From Octopus vulgaris (lineage: Eukaryota), in contig OX597821.1 of assembly GCA_951406725.2 (NCBI GenBank), forward strand, positions 4,960,001 to 5,024,000: a DNA stretch of 64,000 bases, in the 5' to 3' direction. Positions 1 through 14,261 of this stretch are shown piece after piece. The position numbers and the translations under genes are program-made. Each line of letters begins with the position of its first letter. Position 1 is the first letter of the stretch. The notes beneath the pieces are model-generated. The model was not told where the DNA came from, ran no database searches, and saw only the letters and a list, made by a program, of their open reading frames with translations.

Positions 1-199
1 TCCACTCTACTGAAATTGCTGGGCTTGTCCCAAAATTTGAAATGAATATTACCGGGGTCCACTTTGATTTCTAATCTTCCAGGTTCGATAAAATAAGTAT
101 TAATTGAACACTGGAGCTGATGCAATCTATTTACCATCACTAGCCTTGAAATTGCTGGCCTTGTGCCAAACCTTGAAATCAATATTACTACAAATACTA

Positions 200-420
200 A
201 GACGGTGAGTTGGCAGAATTATTAGGACGCCGGGAAACAAGCTTAGCGGTATTTCGTCCGTCTCTACTTTCTGAGTTCAAATTCCGTTGAGGACGACTTT
301 GCCTTTCATCCGTTCAGGGCCGATAAAATAAGAATCGATTGAAAACTTAAGTTGATGTAATCGACCTATCATCCCCGTCCCTCAAATTACTAACTTCATA
401 CCAAAATTTGGATCAATAAT
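200..420 (+). mobile_element. SINE family A copy (tRNA-like head, central GCCTTTCATCC..GTCGATAAA domain)
   Basis: ttggcagaattattag A-box-like and gagttcaaattcc B-box-like motifs, then gactttgcctttcatcc. More than 20 further copies occur in the window. Confidence 0.8.
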
Positions 421-659
421 CCTACATGTAATATTACTAACTCTGCTATTAAGACTAATCGTTTCAAAATTTGGCAGAGGCCCAACAGCTTTTGAGGGGA
501 GGAGGATATTAATACTTGCCTAAATCGTATGTTGTCGCTAACAAAAGAATGACAAGTAAAGTCGACTTCTGCAAAATTTGAACTCAGAACGTTCGAACAG
601 ATAAATCTATATATATGTGTATGTATGTATGCTTGAATGTGTATATATATATATATATA

Positions 660-828
660 TATAACGGGAAGCTTTATGGAAATAAACAAAAGACAAAGGC
701 AGGTGGAGTAAAAACAAACAATTGTATTAGTATGGCACTCAGAAATATAAATAAAACAAGTCTTTTACGTTTCGAGCCTACGCTCTTCAACAGAAAGATA
801 CACAGAATAGAAACACGGAGAGAAACAA

Positions 829-830
<2 letters not shown>
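660..830 (-). mobile_element. Short Penelope-like non-autonomous element with minimal HHR, in (TA)n
   Basis: Homologous to 7410-7622, 11458-11560 (partial) and 63704-63890. Flanked by (TA)n; carries an HHR at 761-798. Confidence 0.65.
761..798 (-). ncRNA. Minimal type I hammerhead ribozyme, variant core CUGUUGA
   Basis: Minus strand reads tcttt CTGTTGA a gagc gtag gctc GAAA cg TA aaaga: 5-bp stem I, 4-bp stem II, palindromic ACGU stem III. Confidence 0.7.
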
Positions 831-909
<79 letters not shown>

Positions 910-1255
910 CCACAAAATGTGTATATATGTGTGTCAGGTGTCTGTGTCTGTGTGCGTGTTGTGTGTGTATGTTACAAATCGAGTGATTATGTGTATATTC
1001 GCAGAATTGAAGCACTTGGGGTACCATATTCACATTACGAGGCGAATTTATCCAACTGTCCCGTTGCAACCGTATATGATTCTACAACTGTTTCAATTCT
1101 GTGTATATACATATATTTAATAGATCAATAACGTCTATGAATGGTTTCTGTCGTTGCTTTTATCATTAATATAGTGTTTACCATTAATGAAACTGTCGGC
1201 ATTTTTTGACGACACGAGCATGTTAGTATTGACAATAAAATTATAACAAGGCTAG

Positions 1256-1272
1256 TGTAGTAGAAGTAGTAA

Positions 1273-1320
<48 letters not shown>

Positions 1321-1535
1321 CAGCAGCAGTAGTAGTAGTAGTAGTGGCAGCAGCTGCAGTAGCAGCAGCAGTAGTAGTAGTAGTAGTAGTAGTAGTTGTA
1401 AAAGTAGTAGTAGTAGTAGTAGTAGTTGTAAAAGTAGTAGTAGTAGTAGTAGTTGTAAAAGTAGTAGTAGTAGTAGTGGTGGTGGAGGAGGAGAAGAAGA
1501 GGAGCAGTAGGAGTGTGGCAGCAGCAGCAGCAGAA
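1256..1535. repeat. Compound (AGT)n/(AGC)n microsatellite followed by purine-rich low-complexity DNA
   Basis: Direct reading; explains the ORFs at 1125-2015. Confidence 0.95.
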
Positions 1536-2119
1536 ACAGCTGGACGAGGAGGCAAGCAAAGAAGAGAGGAACTGGTGGAGAAAAGAATGAGGAGAGGAGG
1601 TGGGAGAGAACAGGTGTGGAAGGGCAGGTGGAAGAGAGCACATGGAAGAAAGTAGGAGGGAGAGTGTATGAGAATGAGAGGAAGGGAAGGAAAGCAGGTA
1701 GTTGATAGCCCGGACGGAGGAGGCGCAGAAATAGCAGGTAGAAAAGAGCATGATCAGAATAGCTGGAAGAGGAGAGTAGTAGCAGGAGAGCAAGTAATGC
1801 TGAGCAGAAAGAGGAGTAGGGTAGGAGGAGGAGAGCTGCTTGAGGAGAAGGAAGAGAAGGAAAAGAGGTGTAAGGGAGGAAGATGAGGAGATGGAGAGAG
1901 AGGAGAGCATGGAAAGGAGAACTGCAAGATAACATAGGATTAAAAAAAAAAATAATCCTTTGATAACATGAAAGAGAGAAAAAAGGGAAATCCGCAAAAA
2001 AAATTTCACCAGCACAAGTTTATATGTACTTGAAACATAATCGTTGTAGCAACTGTTTTTTCTGAAATATTACCCCGAATATTACGTTTGAAGTAGGCGA
2101 AACTATTTATACGTAGAAA

Positions 2120-3031
2120 CACGAGGTATGATCAAAAAGTGTCCGAACTCTTGCCATAGTAACGAAGCTAAAGCACGCAGAATAAGGTCGCTTAACGTTC
2201 TAATTCACTTCCGCTCACATTGGTGAGTGTTTTTTGTTTCACATTTTCATCTATAATTATTGTTGCTCTGGCCGTTGTTGTTGTTGTTCCTCTTGTTATT
2301 TCATTTATGTGGTTGGTTATTTCATTTATGTTATTTCATCAGTGGCTGGAAGTCAGGTGTATAGCGCGTGATCGTCGTGTTGACCAGAACAGAGAAAGTT
2401 GTCATGACGATAACTCCTCAGAGGCCTGGACAAGGTTGCGGAAAGTGTATGAAGATAGGTGTATGAGCTGCACACAAGTGTAGGAGTGTTTCAGACGTTT
2501 CGAAGATGGCCGAAAAAAATGTCGATATTGACGAACGTTCTGAGAGACACGCAAGCAGCAGAGCTGAGAAAAATACATCGCCGATGTGCGTGTGTTGTGA
2601 GGGGAAATCGTCGAACCACTATCTGTGAGTTAACTGGAAATGTTCAGATTAGTTATTATCACTGAAGATTTCAGTATCAGATGCGCATCTCCCAAGTTTG
2701 TGCCAAATCTGCTTTCAAAAAGACGATTGGGTTTCAATTGCACAAGATCTTGATTGTGTCAAGAATTATGAAAACTTTTTGAAAAATTTGTGTAGATAAA
2801 ATTTGATGCAGATTCTCTGCTCAACTTTCTCTATAATGCTCAATGCGATAATCACATGATGCACACGTTCATTCCAAGCATTGCTGTAAACAGCGGAAGT
2901 GAACCAGAACGTTAAAACTTAGTGCGCACTCACAACAGAGGTAAATGTCAATTGTGCGCAGTGACTTTACGCTGCGTGCTTTAGCTTCGCTGCTATGACC
3001 ACAGTCCGTATACTTATTGATCGGCTACGTA
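2120..3031 (+). mobile_element. Internally deleted mariner transposon
   Basis: About 70-bp imperfect TIRs (..gccatagtaacgaagctaaagcacgcag / ctgcgtgctttagcttcgctgctatgacc..). Decayed N-terminal transposase (VYEDRCMSCTQV*ECFRRFEDGR, NRRTTICEL, PKFVPNLLS matching the mariner WVPHEL-type motif); catalytic domain missing. Confidence 0.85.
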
Positions 3032-3762
3032 GAATAATATTAATTTTGTGGGAAAAGCAGAATAATATATTTTGGGAAGGGTCCAAAGAAAATATATTGA
3101 GGCGCTATTTCATTGCAGGTTATGTATTGTACTTTAAAGCATTGCCTCTTCTGTCGTGATATGTCTTATCATTTAGTTGCTTTAGGCGTGGATTGCCTTG
3201 ATGCTAGGGCAACGCCTTGAAGAGGTTTAGTCGAACGAATCAAAACTTGTACGTAATGTTTAAGCCTGGTTCGTACATATGTCTCTTTGACGAAGCGCTG
3301 ATTGCCGGGTAGCAACAGTATTTGTAACAACAACCGACTGTGTTGGACGAAACGGACATAGAGGCACACACACACACATACAAACACACACACAATGCTC
3401 AAAAAGGGGATTAAATAATCAGCCGAGTACATGTCCATGTATTTGGTAGGCGTTAAACTTGGCTCGCCAAATTCACCAGTGAGCGCTATTACAATCCCCA
3501 TAGCCCGAATGATTTCATTCCCATACTTGTCCGATCATACATCAAAAATTTCAGTATAAGGTCGCAGATTATAGCAGAACCACAAAAGGGAGTAGAGAAT
3601 TATACAATTTTTAATCAGCTTACCCGCATCGGGTACATAATTCTGCGTTTTATCGATTATGTAAATTAATCGAACTATATTTGATCAACTAGAGCATTAC
3701 AGCTACAAGTGTGGAGTTGAATATAGCCAGAAGCATTATTTAGTTCACAGTAGAAAGTTCAA

Positions 3763-3972
3763 CCCTTTAGCATGTAAACCGGACATATCCGACCCAAATA
3801 TCCTATGTTCAAACTGGCCAGATATGACCTCTCACATTTACCATATAATGTCAATCTAAAATATATAATCACATCATTGAAATTTCAAAACTATGAGACA
3901 GTGCATCATTAATTCACACCAATTTAAATAAATAAGCATTATGTTTGACAGAGCAGTCTGGATGCTAAAGGG
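3763..3972. mobile_element. MITE with CCCTTTAGCAT TIRs (piggyBac-like)
   Basis: ccctttagcat ... atgctaaaggg with degenerate TTAA flanks; second copy at 11901-12120. Confidence 0.7.
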
Positions 3973-4108
3973 TTTAGTGGTACTACGTTTAACGATAGGC
4001 TTTGAGTAGAAAACAGAGTCGTTAGTGAGAATCCCAAAGAAAATGATTAAATTATTTAGAAACGAAGATGGTCGTTTTGAAAAAAATTGTTATTTTTAAA
4101 TGAATAAT

Positions 4109-4953
4109 TACGGGATGCATTCCAGGAGTTTCGAATGTTATTTAGGGAAGGCAGTTAGAATTGCAATTGTAGTATTCTATTACTATGCATCCAATAAGGT
4201 GACCTGTCAACTTTAGCCATTTCAGACTGAAGGAGATGACTGTAACAGCACTTTGAACACACCGTACTGAACAGCTAGACACAGCTGACTAGTTTGTAGA
4301 ATGCAGTCAGGATGTTTGAAAGTTCGCTATGCAATATGGTTGTGTCTTAAGCTGGGCAAAAACGATACAGAAGTTTATGAATTGATCTAGATTACATATG
4401 GATTAAATTGTAATGAACAGAGGATCTCTTTTACGTTGGCACGGGAAGCCAAACAAAGCAAGAAATTTATGGAGTTCCTTTTTTGTTACAGCAATGGCTT
4501 CATGTCTATAAATTGGCGTCCCTTTGGTCAGACGGTCAACGTGGAGTACTTTGTGAATATCTTGAGGGTTCTCAGCAAGAGAACTCGTTGCATAAGGCCG
4601 GAGTACCTGCACCAGCTCAATGCGTCTGTCCACAAATCCATCCTGGTCGAAATGGTTATCAAAACTGTCCTTCACCTTTTCTAGAAAACAAGCATTACTT
4701 CTTGTGACATTTGATTCTTATTCAAACTGAAAGACAATCTCAGTGACAGTCGTTTTGACAACATTAAGATGAAAGAAGCTGTAACAAGGGAGTTGGACAC
4801 CTTCCCTTTGGATGACTTCCATGGGGACATCACGAAGTGGCTACAGCACAAAAAGTAATTTGAAGAAAATCCTTCGCAAAAGCAAATTTGCACTTCTCTG
4901 AAACGAATAACTGTCTCTCCTGAAAAAGTTTCAAAACTTCTGGAATACACACA
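4109..4953 (+). mobile_element. Decayed mariner transposon
   Basis: Imperfect TIRs (tgcattccaggagtttcgaa / ttcaaaacttctggaataca). Transposase remnants VRYAIWLCLKLGKN, GQTVNVEYFV, HQLNASVH (HQDNAPVH-like), FLFKLKDNL, with stops and frameshifts. Confidence 0.85.
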
Positions 4954-5514
4954 GAATAAAATTTAAAATTTAAGATAATGATGATATGGTTAAGATAACC
5001 TTAGGTCCCAAAACTTAAATTAAGTTTAATTAAAAATAAATCAAAGATAGAAATATCCAAAACAAAATAAGAATGAGAACACTATAGATAAAACAAAATA
5101 AATTAAATTAAGATATAGTAGAAGGTGGTAGAAAATAAATAAATAAATAAATAAATAAATAGAAATATCAGAATAATAATCTAATTTAAAGTTACAGGAT
5201 TTAAATTATAGCAATAATAGCAACAATAGCAGCAAGAGCAACACCAGCCCTAACAAGAACAGTAACTCCGATGACAACGAAGTAGAAGAATCGAATCGTA
5301 CTGTCTAGTTAATAATATCAAACGCATATATTAAATACACACACACAAATATATATGTGTGTGTATAATTTCTATATCTATCTATATATATATTTATACA
5401 TATATATATATATATATGTATACATACATATATGTATATACATATACATATATATACACATATACATATACATATATATATATATATATATATGTGTGTA
5501 TGTGTGTGTGTCTG

Positions 5515-5573
<59 letters not shown>

Positions 5574-5592
5574 TTAGATAGATAGATAGAGG

Positions 5593-5627
<35 letters not shown>

Positions 5628-5629
<2 letters not shown>

Positions 5630-5960
5630 AAAGCGCATAACTCAATGGTTAATGCGTCGGGCTCAATTCTGCGATAGTGAGTTTGAATCCCGGACCGAAG
5701 TGTGTTGTGTTATTGGAAATACACTTTATTTCACGCTGCTCCAGTTCACTGAGCTGTAGAAATGAGTTGCAACAATGTGACTGGTGCCAGGCAGTCCTTT
5801 CCCTTGGTTAACATCGTTGGCGTGGAGATGGGAGGCTGGAATGCATGGGCGACTGCTGATCTTCCCTAAACTACCTTGCTCAGATTTGTGCCTCGGAGAG
5901 GAGCTTCCATGCAATCACATGGTCATACACAACCGAAAGGAGTCTTTACCCTTACCCTTT
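5628..5960 (+). mobile_element. tRNA-derived SINE (distinct family)
   Basis: taactcaatggtta A box, gagtttgaatccc B box, tail ctttacccttacccttt. Confidence 0.65.
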
Positions 5961-6461
5961 ATATTAAGTATATCGAACCTAGGAGGCATACCCGACTTAT
6001 TTAAATAGAGTGCACAAATCGCTACGACATTTATTAGGGAAATATTAAACGGTATCCTCTCTGAAAATGAAAATCTTAACTTTAATTCGTACTTCTATTG
6101 AAGTTGTTGGATGTAGAAGAAAGTATAACCTGTGCTACCTCGAGGAAGAACTCACATTTAACATCATTATAACCCACTAGTTACTATAGATCATTTCCTA
6201 CCATGCCGTTCATCCACTTGAGGCTCCAGACGATATTATTTAAAAAGTTTGGTTTTATTTTTTGTTTCCAATTTTAAACTTAATGATAGTTTGTTTTCTT
6301 TGGAAGTCTCATTAACTAACCTGTGTTCTACTCAAAACCTATCAGCTTCTTTTGTATTTAACAGTTTTCTCACCTTCCACCCATATAGTTCATCTCAGAT
6401 ACGATTATCTTCTCTGATCTAATCCATACAGAACTACTTCTCTTCCTACTTCTCCCCTCTG

Positions 6462-6516
<55 letters not shown>

Positions 6517-6631
6517 AATTTTCCTCTCTATAAATATTCTACTTCTAATTATTTCCCGCTTCTTGAACAAAACCTACCTAAGACTATATATAAAATATTT
6601 ATTCTACGGTTCAGTGCATATTTTGAAATGT

Positions 6632-6709
6632 CTTAACTGAGGAAGATATTGTGTAAGAGATAAATTCATTTTTCTCTGTTGTGCAGTGATCTGAAACGTT
6701 CGTATTAAG
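6632..6709 (+). ncRNA. Type I hammerhead ribozyme with canonical core
   Basis: cttaa CTGAGGA [agat..49-nt stem II..atct] GAAA cgttcg TA ttaag. Stem I extends via tttgaa/ttcaaa (6622-6719). Predicted cleavage after A6704 (GUA). Confidence 0.8.
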
Positions 6710-7496
6710 TAAATTCAAATTATCTATCGATATTTCTTTTGATTAAGTCGGGGAGCTGGCAGAATCGTCAGAAAGCCTGGTAAAATGCTTAGTGACATTT
6801 CGTCCGTTTGCCTCATATAGATTCGGATCCTATCAGTCATGTACTGGGATTAAATTCGGAGATCGAGGTACCCCTCCCCCGAAAATACTGGTATTGTGCT
6901 GAAATTTAAAACCAAAACTTGGTTTAATTTTAACTTCATATTCTACAACTCCCAGCCATTTCAAGCTAGCCAATCCTTTGGTTACACGAATTCCCTAATG
7001 CGGACTTGGAGTGGTTTCTTATAATACCGATTGTGTTCTTACGTCTATCTATATCATTTTATCCAGGTTTCATTATCAGTGAAAAATATCAATTATACAA
7101 AGAAATTCTATAGTACGGGGACATCATCACGTGACCTTCGTGGTCTTGCAAATTTCCATGCACACACACAAGCCCATGCGTTTGCACACACACACACACA
7201 CACACAAACAAACAAATACATGAAACGCACATCTCTCCAAGGAGTATACGCACTAGGTTACTTATACACATAGGCACACACAAGCCCTTATACTTTTAAG
7301 TTTGCCTACACACACATACAACCTCACTCATACACCATTCTCACATACACACACGCGCTTGCTCACCGTAACTATCTCCCTTTCACTCAGCCTCTGTCTT
7401 ACGGTCATTACATCATGTTGAAACTTTAGACGCTACGCATTTTTTCTCGCTCTGTTTTTTTTTTCGTTCTCTCTCCGTTTTTTTTTCCTCTCGAAG

Positions 7497-7532
7497 CTTT
7501 CTGTCGAAGAGCATAGGATGGAAACGTCGAAG
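7497..7532 (+). ncRNA. Minimal HHR, variant core CUGUCGA, stem II decayed
   Basis: cttt CTGTCGA agagcataggatg GAAA cg TC gaag; same family as 761-798. Confidence 0.5.
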
Positions 7533-7619
7533 ACACTTCAGTTCTTACCGAGGGTTAAACTAATGCACTTGCTTGTTGTTCCTTCACATATCTTGGTCTT
7601 TGTTTTCTGTAAATTTGAA

Positions 7620-7710
<91 letters not shown>

Positions 7711-8191
7711 GCGGTCTGTCTGTCTATCTATCTGTTTGTGTCTGTATATATATATATATATATATATATACAAGGTAGAATATGCTAAAATAATTTTTAT
7801 CTTGAAGATGTTTTTAGCACCAGTTCCAGTCTTTTCGACTTTTTTAAGTAAAGCATGAATAATAATTAAATTGTGGTAAAATTAAATGATTTTTTTTTTT
7901 ATTAATTATACTTTTAGGATTTCTACTACCTACTAACTGCCACCAAGCCCTCACAAGAGTAGAAAAGAGAGACAAACAGAAAAAAGGAAAATGTCCTTTG
8001 CATTTGAAAACTATGGACATATTTTTTTTAAAACATTTCATTTCATTTTTCCACAATTTAATTGCTTTTCATGATTCACTGAAAGTTGTAACTTGAACTA
8101 AAATGTTCTTCATGATAATTTTTTTTTAACGTTTTCTACCTTGTCTTCTTTTCTTTATACATATTAACTCTTGTGTCCCTTTTCAAACTTC

Positions 8192-8245
<54 letters not shown>

Positions 8246-8341
8246 AACACATATATACATATATATGCATTTATATATGGATATATACTTCTAAATATAA
8301 ATATACATACTCATACACTCACGCACACACACACACACACA

Positions 8342-8377
<36 letters not shown>

Positions 8378-10264
8378 CATATATATATATACATATATAC
8401 AAATACACATACACCCCATATATTTATGTAGATGGGTGTGTGCGCGTGCGTGTGTGTGACATTGTTTACCAATTAATCATATCTGTAAGATACTGATTAA
8501 CCCAACATACGACATCATGATACTATTTGCGTATCCAGCTAACAAAAAGTTAGTGACACAAGAAATTATATCATATAGATCATTTACGGTAAGTTATTGT
8601 GGAGTAAACTATTGGACGTGTAAACTATATCGAGAAAATGTTTGAAAGATGTCTTTCAGTCATTTCTCTCTTGCCTCATTTATTAATGACAAAAGTGATG
8701 CCACTGCCATTAGAAATTTTAAATCTTATAGAAGACATATAGGGGACATTTTTCAGACACAAATGAAGTTGGGAAAATAAAATTTATACATCTAGTAAAG
8801 AGGAAGATGGATACGCGGATCCATATGCAAGGTAGTTAGAACTGCTGGACCTAACAACCAAGTTTTCCATCACTCATTTCTTAAAATCCACAGAGTGTTT
8901 GTTACTTTTCTTCTTTATAGAAGAATAACAGGTTGGATATTCAATAACGGAATAATTCATCATCTTTCAATCGTTGCATGTCTACGTTTTTTTATTTGCC
9001 TATTTGTACCACAATACTAATCTCCTTTCATTCATTCCTGGTAGAGAATGGTAACTGTGCATCGTATTAAATTCTTGTAAATTTTCTGAAACCTAAAAGT
9101 CATCACTAAATAATGGCATATTTCTCAAGAATCCTAAGATATTATTTTATTAACTCGCTATGTTTATCTCGCTAATTATGTTACCAAATGATAAAGTTTA
9201 TTTAGCATCATCTCATTCTTTAAACATATTATGAATATTCAGCCATCTTTACCATTTTCTGAATATGTCTCTTTAGTCTTTAAACCTGACCCTTTTTACT
9301 GAAAATTTCCTTTTTTCATTCAGTCTCTCTTTCTCACACAGTGGATCATTACCAATTGATTTCTCTGTTGTTTAGGTCGTCTCCCTTTCAAGCATAATAC
9401 GTTCTATTCACTTGATTTCTCTAACGATGCGCATGTGCGAAGTTATGCTAATTTTCTTTAAACTGACGAACGTCGAATGCAGTATATTCTCTCGCAAGAT
9501 TAATATCTGTTTTGCTGTTTACCTTTACCATCCACTTCAAAATAGTCGAGATAGATTTTTTTTAAAAATTCGCTGCTACATGCACATTATAAAGTCATAA
9601 AGATATATCGATATACAGATTGATACACGATTAACAACTCCAATCGTGAATATCCCTCTTGTCAGACTTTTTATTATTCACATTTTATTTTAAATTGTCA
9701 CGTAAGAAAGAGATATACTCAATAATCCGCTATATAGAACTTTTCCCTGCTACAATTGCAAGATTTAAGCTTTCTTGTTTACACTATACTCTTCTGGAAA
9801 TAAATATATTAAACAAACATAGACCGGAGCATAGCATTGTTTCTAATTTAGACTCAAAGTCAATGATTTTGAATGATGCGCTTGTTCGATGTGTTCACTC
9901 ACGGTTCTTGTATGGTACGTTATTTTATCGCCCAGAGGAGGATGGAATACAAAGGTAGCATAGGAAGAATTCAAACAGTACAAATGCGATGAGGCATTTT
10001 TTTCGTCGCTATAATTTTTCCATCAACCACACAACAGTTTTTAATTTAAAAAAAGAAAAATAAACAGATAAGTTGCTCACAGTTGGAATGTAATTGATCA
10101 ATGTCCTTCTGGGACTAACGAGAGTAATAGACTGTACTTTTAATAATTCCATTCAGAGAGTGATGAGTGGAAGAATAATACTTATTCTTTGTATCGGTTC
10201 TTTTTTGCCGAGCTAATAAGTTATAGAAACTTAAACACAAAATTGCATACACAGATACACGTAC

Positions 10265-10358
<94 letters not shown>

Positions 10359-10384
10359 CACACAAAATATATATACATATACAT

Positions 10385-10421
<37 letters not shown>

Positions 10422-10439
10422 TATATATAAAAAAAAAAA

Positions 10440-10725
10440 ATCACGTGATCATCACGTGACCGACCAGTCCATCAGTTGTAGTTATATATCGCTGGTCACA
10501 ATGCGTTCGCATTGTTTTAGCCTTCGAATGACGCCACCGCGCTGGCTAAGCGAGCAGGCCAACAGAAGAAAGAGTGGTGAAAGAGTACAGCAGGGATCAC
10601 CACCCCCTGCCGGAGCCTCGTGGTCCTTTTAGGTGTTTTCGCTCAATAAACACTCACAACGCCCGGTCTGGGGATCGAAACCACGATCCTACGACCGCGA
10701 GTCCGCAAAACTAACCACTAGGCTA
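10440..10725 (-). mobile_element. SINE family C (tRNA-like head), tail type 1
   Basis: Minus strand tagcctagtggttag..gactcgcggtcg..ggtttcgatcccc; same head as 30840-31036 and 49595-49899. Confidence 0.8.
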
Positions 10726-11369
10726 TATATAATATATAATTTATATATATACATACATACATATATACATATATATATGTAATTATATATATATATGTAT
10801 ATATGTATATATGTATGTATGTATATATATACATGTATACATATATATATGTATATATATATATATAATATATAATATATAATATATATATATATATATG
10901 AAATAAAGAACAAAAATGACATCACTGCTAGTTGTAATCGGTTTCATTTATTAAACTGATTACAACTTCCAGTGATGTCATTCTATTTCTTTTTCAAATA
11001 TACCTAACTGCATTAAGGATCTCACACATTTTCCAATATATATATACATAGTTGTTGTTTAATAATTGGCATGTCTCCTCCCATCACAATTACAGATAGG
11101 AATAGATAAACATGAAACACATAGATCCATCTTCACTCATTGATATGGACACATCTCTAAAAGTTATGCCATTATCTATTTGTAAGGATTACTTGTAAGG
11201 ATATCATCGCTAAATATGTCTGAATCAACTTCTTAATCTTTTATCTCCTCCATTTTTGACAAATATTGGATTTGAAGAACTTCACTCCATAAATTAATCA
11301 TACATTTAATATACTAATACTACTTTTCATATCTTCGCTAATTTACACCAGTAAGCTCTCAGCGCTGTA

Positions 11370-11458
<89 letters not shown>

Positions 11459-11589
11459 ATTGAAATTACAGAAAAACAAATGGCGTAGACAGGTGTATAA
11501 ACAACGAGCAGGTGTATTAGTTTGACGCACGGGATGATACACAGAGAGAGGTGGAGGAGAGAAACATAGGTAGATAGATAGATAGATAT

Positions 11590-11685
<96 letters not shown>

Positions 11686-11900
11686 ATGCGAAACATTAAG
11701 GAATTGTTATACAAAATCATTCATGCGTCATAGCTTGTTCCATCCCAATGTTAGAATATCCTTGCCTAAACTTTACCATGGTTACAAATTGAGATTTTTA
11801 ACAAAATAAACAATGCCATGTCTACCGAAGTATTTTCATTTCTGTTTTCTTTTTACTTTGTTTTAAGTCCAATAGTTTCCAATCTTTAAACACCCTTTAA

Positions 11901-12120
11901 CACTTTAGCATTTAATCTTGCCCATTCTGGCTCAAATATTCTGTCTGTTTTAAGCTCAAATCGGTCGACCATCTTTTCTCACACGTACCCTTCAATGTCA
12001 TACTAATACGAAACAATCACATCATCGAAATACCGAAACTACAAAGTAACGCTCGATTAATTCAAAACAAGGAACATATTTAAGGATTAGATTTGAGAAG
12101 GCGATCTGAATTCCAAAGGG
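11901..12120. mobile_element. Second copy of piggyBac-like MITE
   Basis: ttaa cactttagcat ... ccaaaggg ttga; internal similarity to 3763-3972. Confidence 0.6.
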
Positions 12121-12148
12121 TTGAAACCTAAAAAACTTCTGAATCGGT

Positions 12149-12525
12149 TCTTTTACTCTTTTACTTGTCTCACTCATTTCACTGTGGTCATGCTGGAGCA
12201 CAGCCTTTTAGTCGAGGAAATTGACACCAGGACTTATTCTTTGTAAGCCCAGTACGTATTCTATCGTTCTCTTTCACCAAACACACAACCATCGGTTGCC
12301 AAGCGATGCTGGGGGACAATCACATACATACATATATATACACATATACATACACACACATATATACGACGGGTTTCTTTTTAGTTTCCGTTTACCATAT
12401 CCACTCACAAGGCTTTGGTCAGCCCAAGGCTATAGTAGAAGACACTTTCCCTAGGTGCCACGAAGTGGGACTGAACCCGGAACCATGTTGCTGGTAAGGA
12501 AGCTATTTACCACACAGCCACTCCT
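12149..12525 (-). mobile_element. SINE family B (tRNA head, CORE-like ccttgggcaagt motif, internal TA/TG microsatellite)
   Basis: Matches 27759-28122, 33211-33692 and 53612-54140. Confidence 0.85.
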
Positions 12526-13399
12526 TTAACTTATTATATCGACATCTGGAAAGAATATAGACTAAATAATCTCTGATATGATTTGAACTGAGACCCTGGA
12601 TTAATGCAGCTAAATACAGTGTGGTATTAAGTTAGATATTCTATTATTTTTCTGAACTCTTCAATCTTCAAACAATCACATGATATTTATATTTACCTAA
12701 ATGGAATCAATAGAACGAATCACATCCATCAAATTGTAATTAGCATAACATGATATCTATAGAGTGCCTGTACAGTCTTTATATATGGTAATATTTGAAT
12801 TGATCGCTAAAAGTCAATGGACGTTCGTCATTGAGAGAGGATGCTACTCTCAGATGAACATTATTGTATTACAAAACTAAATAGCCCGGAGCATGTAACG
12901 ACAGCTAGCGGCGTTTGCTTATATTAATTTAAAGCAATTCTTAGTACAAGAATATGCATTGTTGACCCTACCGACTAGCTCCCAATCCACTAACAATTGT
13001 ACAAGTTTCTATACGTCGCATTAATATTCGTCGATTAATATTTGATTTCTGAAGCATAGTTTTATACAGTTCTGTCAATATATTTTAAGAGACTCAGTAA
13101 CGATCTAGTTTTCGTTTTAGTTTTATGTCCCTGTTTTAAATAACTTTCTTCTCTGCACTCGAATCACTGTGTAATTGTGACTTTGACACCAATTTCGTTT
13201 CACTCAATATCATACAACTTTCTGTCTTCTCTGTTTTAAATCTGTTCTCTTTATAAACCATTTCACATTCATATTATTTTTTTCGTTTTAATAATCAATA
13301 GCATATTGTTAAGAAATTCTTCTTTGCATGAAAGAAATTAAAACAAAATGAATTAACACTAAAATTGAAAAACAGAACAGTTAAAGCAGAAAAGTTTTA

Positions 13400-13414
13400 T
13401 TATTGATAATAATA

Positions 13415-13456
<42 letters not shown>

Positions 13457-13501
13457 TTTTTATTATTATTATTATCATCAACATCCCCCTCCTCCTCCTC
13501 C

Positions 13502-13598
<97 letters not shown>

Positions 13599-13621
13599 CA
13601 TCAACATCCTCCTCCTCCTCC

Positions 13622-13711
<90 letters not shown>

Positions 13712-13778
13712 TTTTTATTATTATTATTATTATTATTATTTTTTTTTTTTAATTATTATTTTTATTTTTCTTCTTCTT

Positions 13779-13809
<31 letters not shown>

Positions 13810-14114
13810 TTATTATTATTATTATTATTATTATACTATAATAAATGCTACATTTTTCATAATTTCTGTTTAATACGTTATATTGCATAAATTGCTTCAT
13901 TTAACTGTTTTGCATTGTTTTTTTTCTTTGTCGTTTTCTATTTAATTTTTCTATTTTATTTTAATTTTCGAATTCTTTGTATAAATATGACAGTCGCAGA
14001 GAATTCTCAACGTATCATTTCATTCTTACAAACTTCTGATAACATTGCGACACAAAATTATTTTGACATCTAATCGTTCAGATACGCTAATTGTTTTGTT
14101 TTTTCCTCGATTCA

Positions 14115-14199
<85 letters not shown>

Positions 14200-14213
14200 A
14201 TTGTTATAATTAC

Positions 14214-14261
<48 letters not shown>

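Noticed and set aside
1125-2015. Long ORFs of 296 and 227 aa
   Set aside because: Translations of (AGT)n/(AGC)n and purine-rich low-complexity DNA; no domain.
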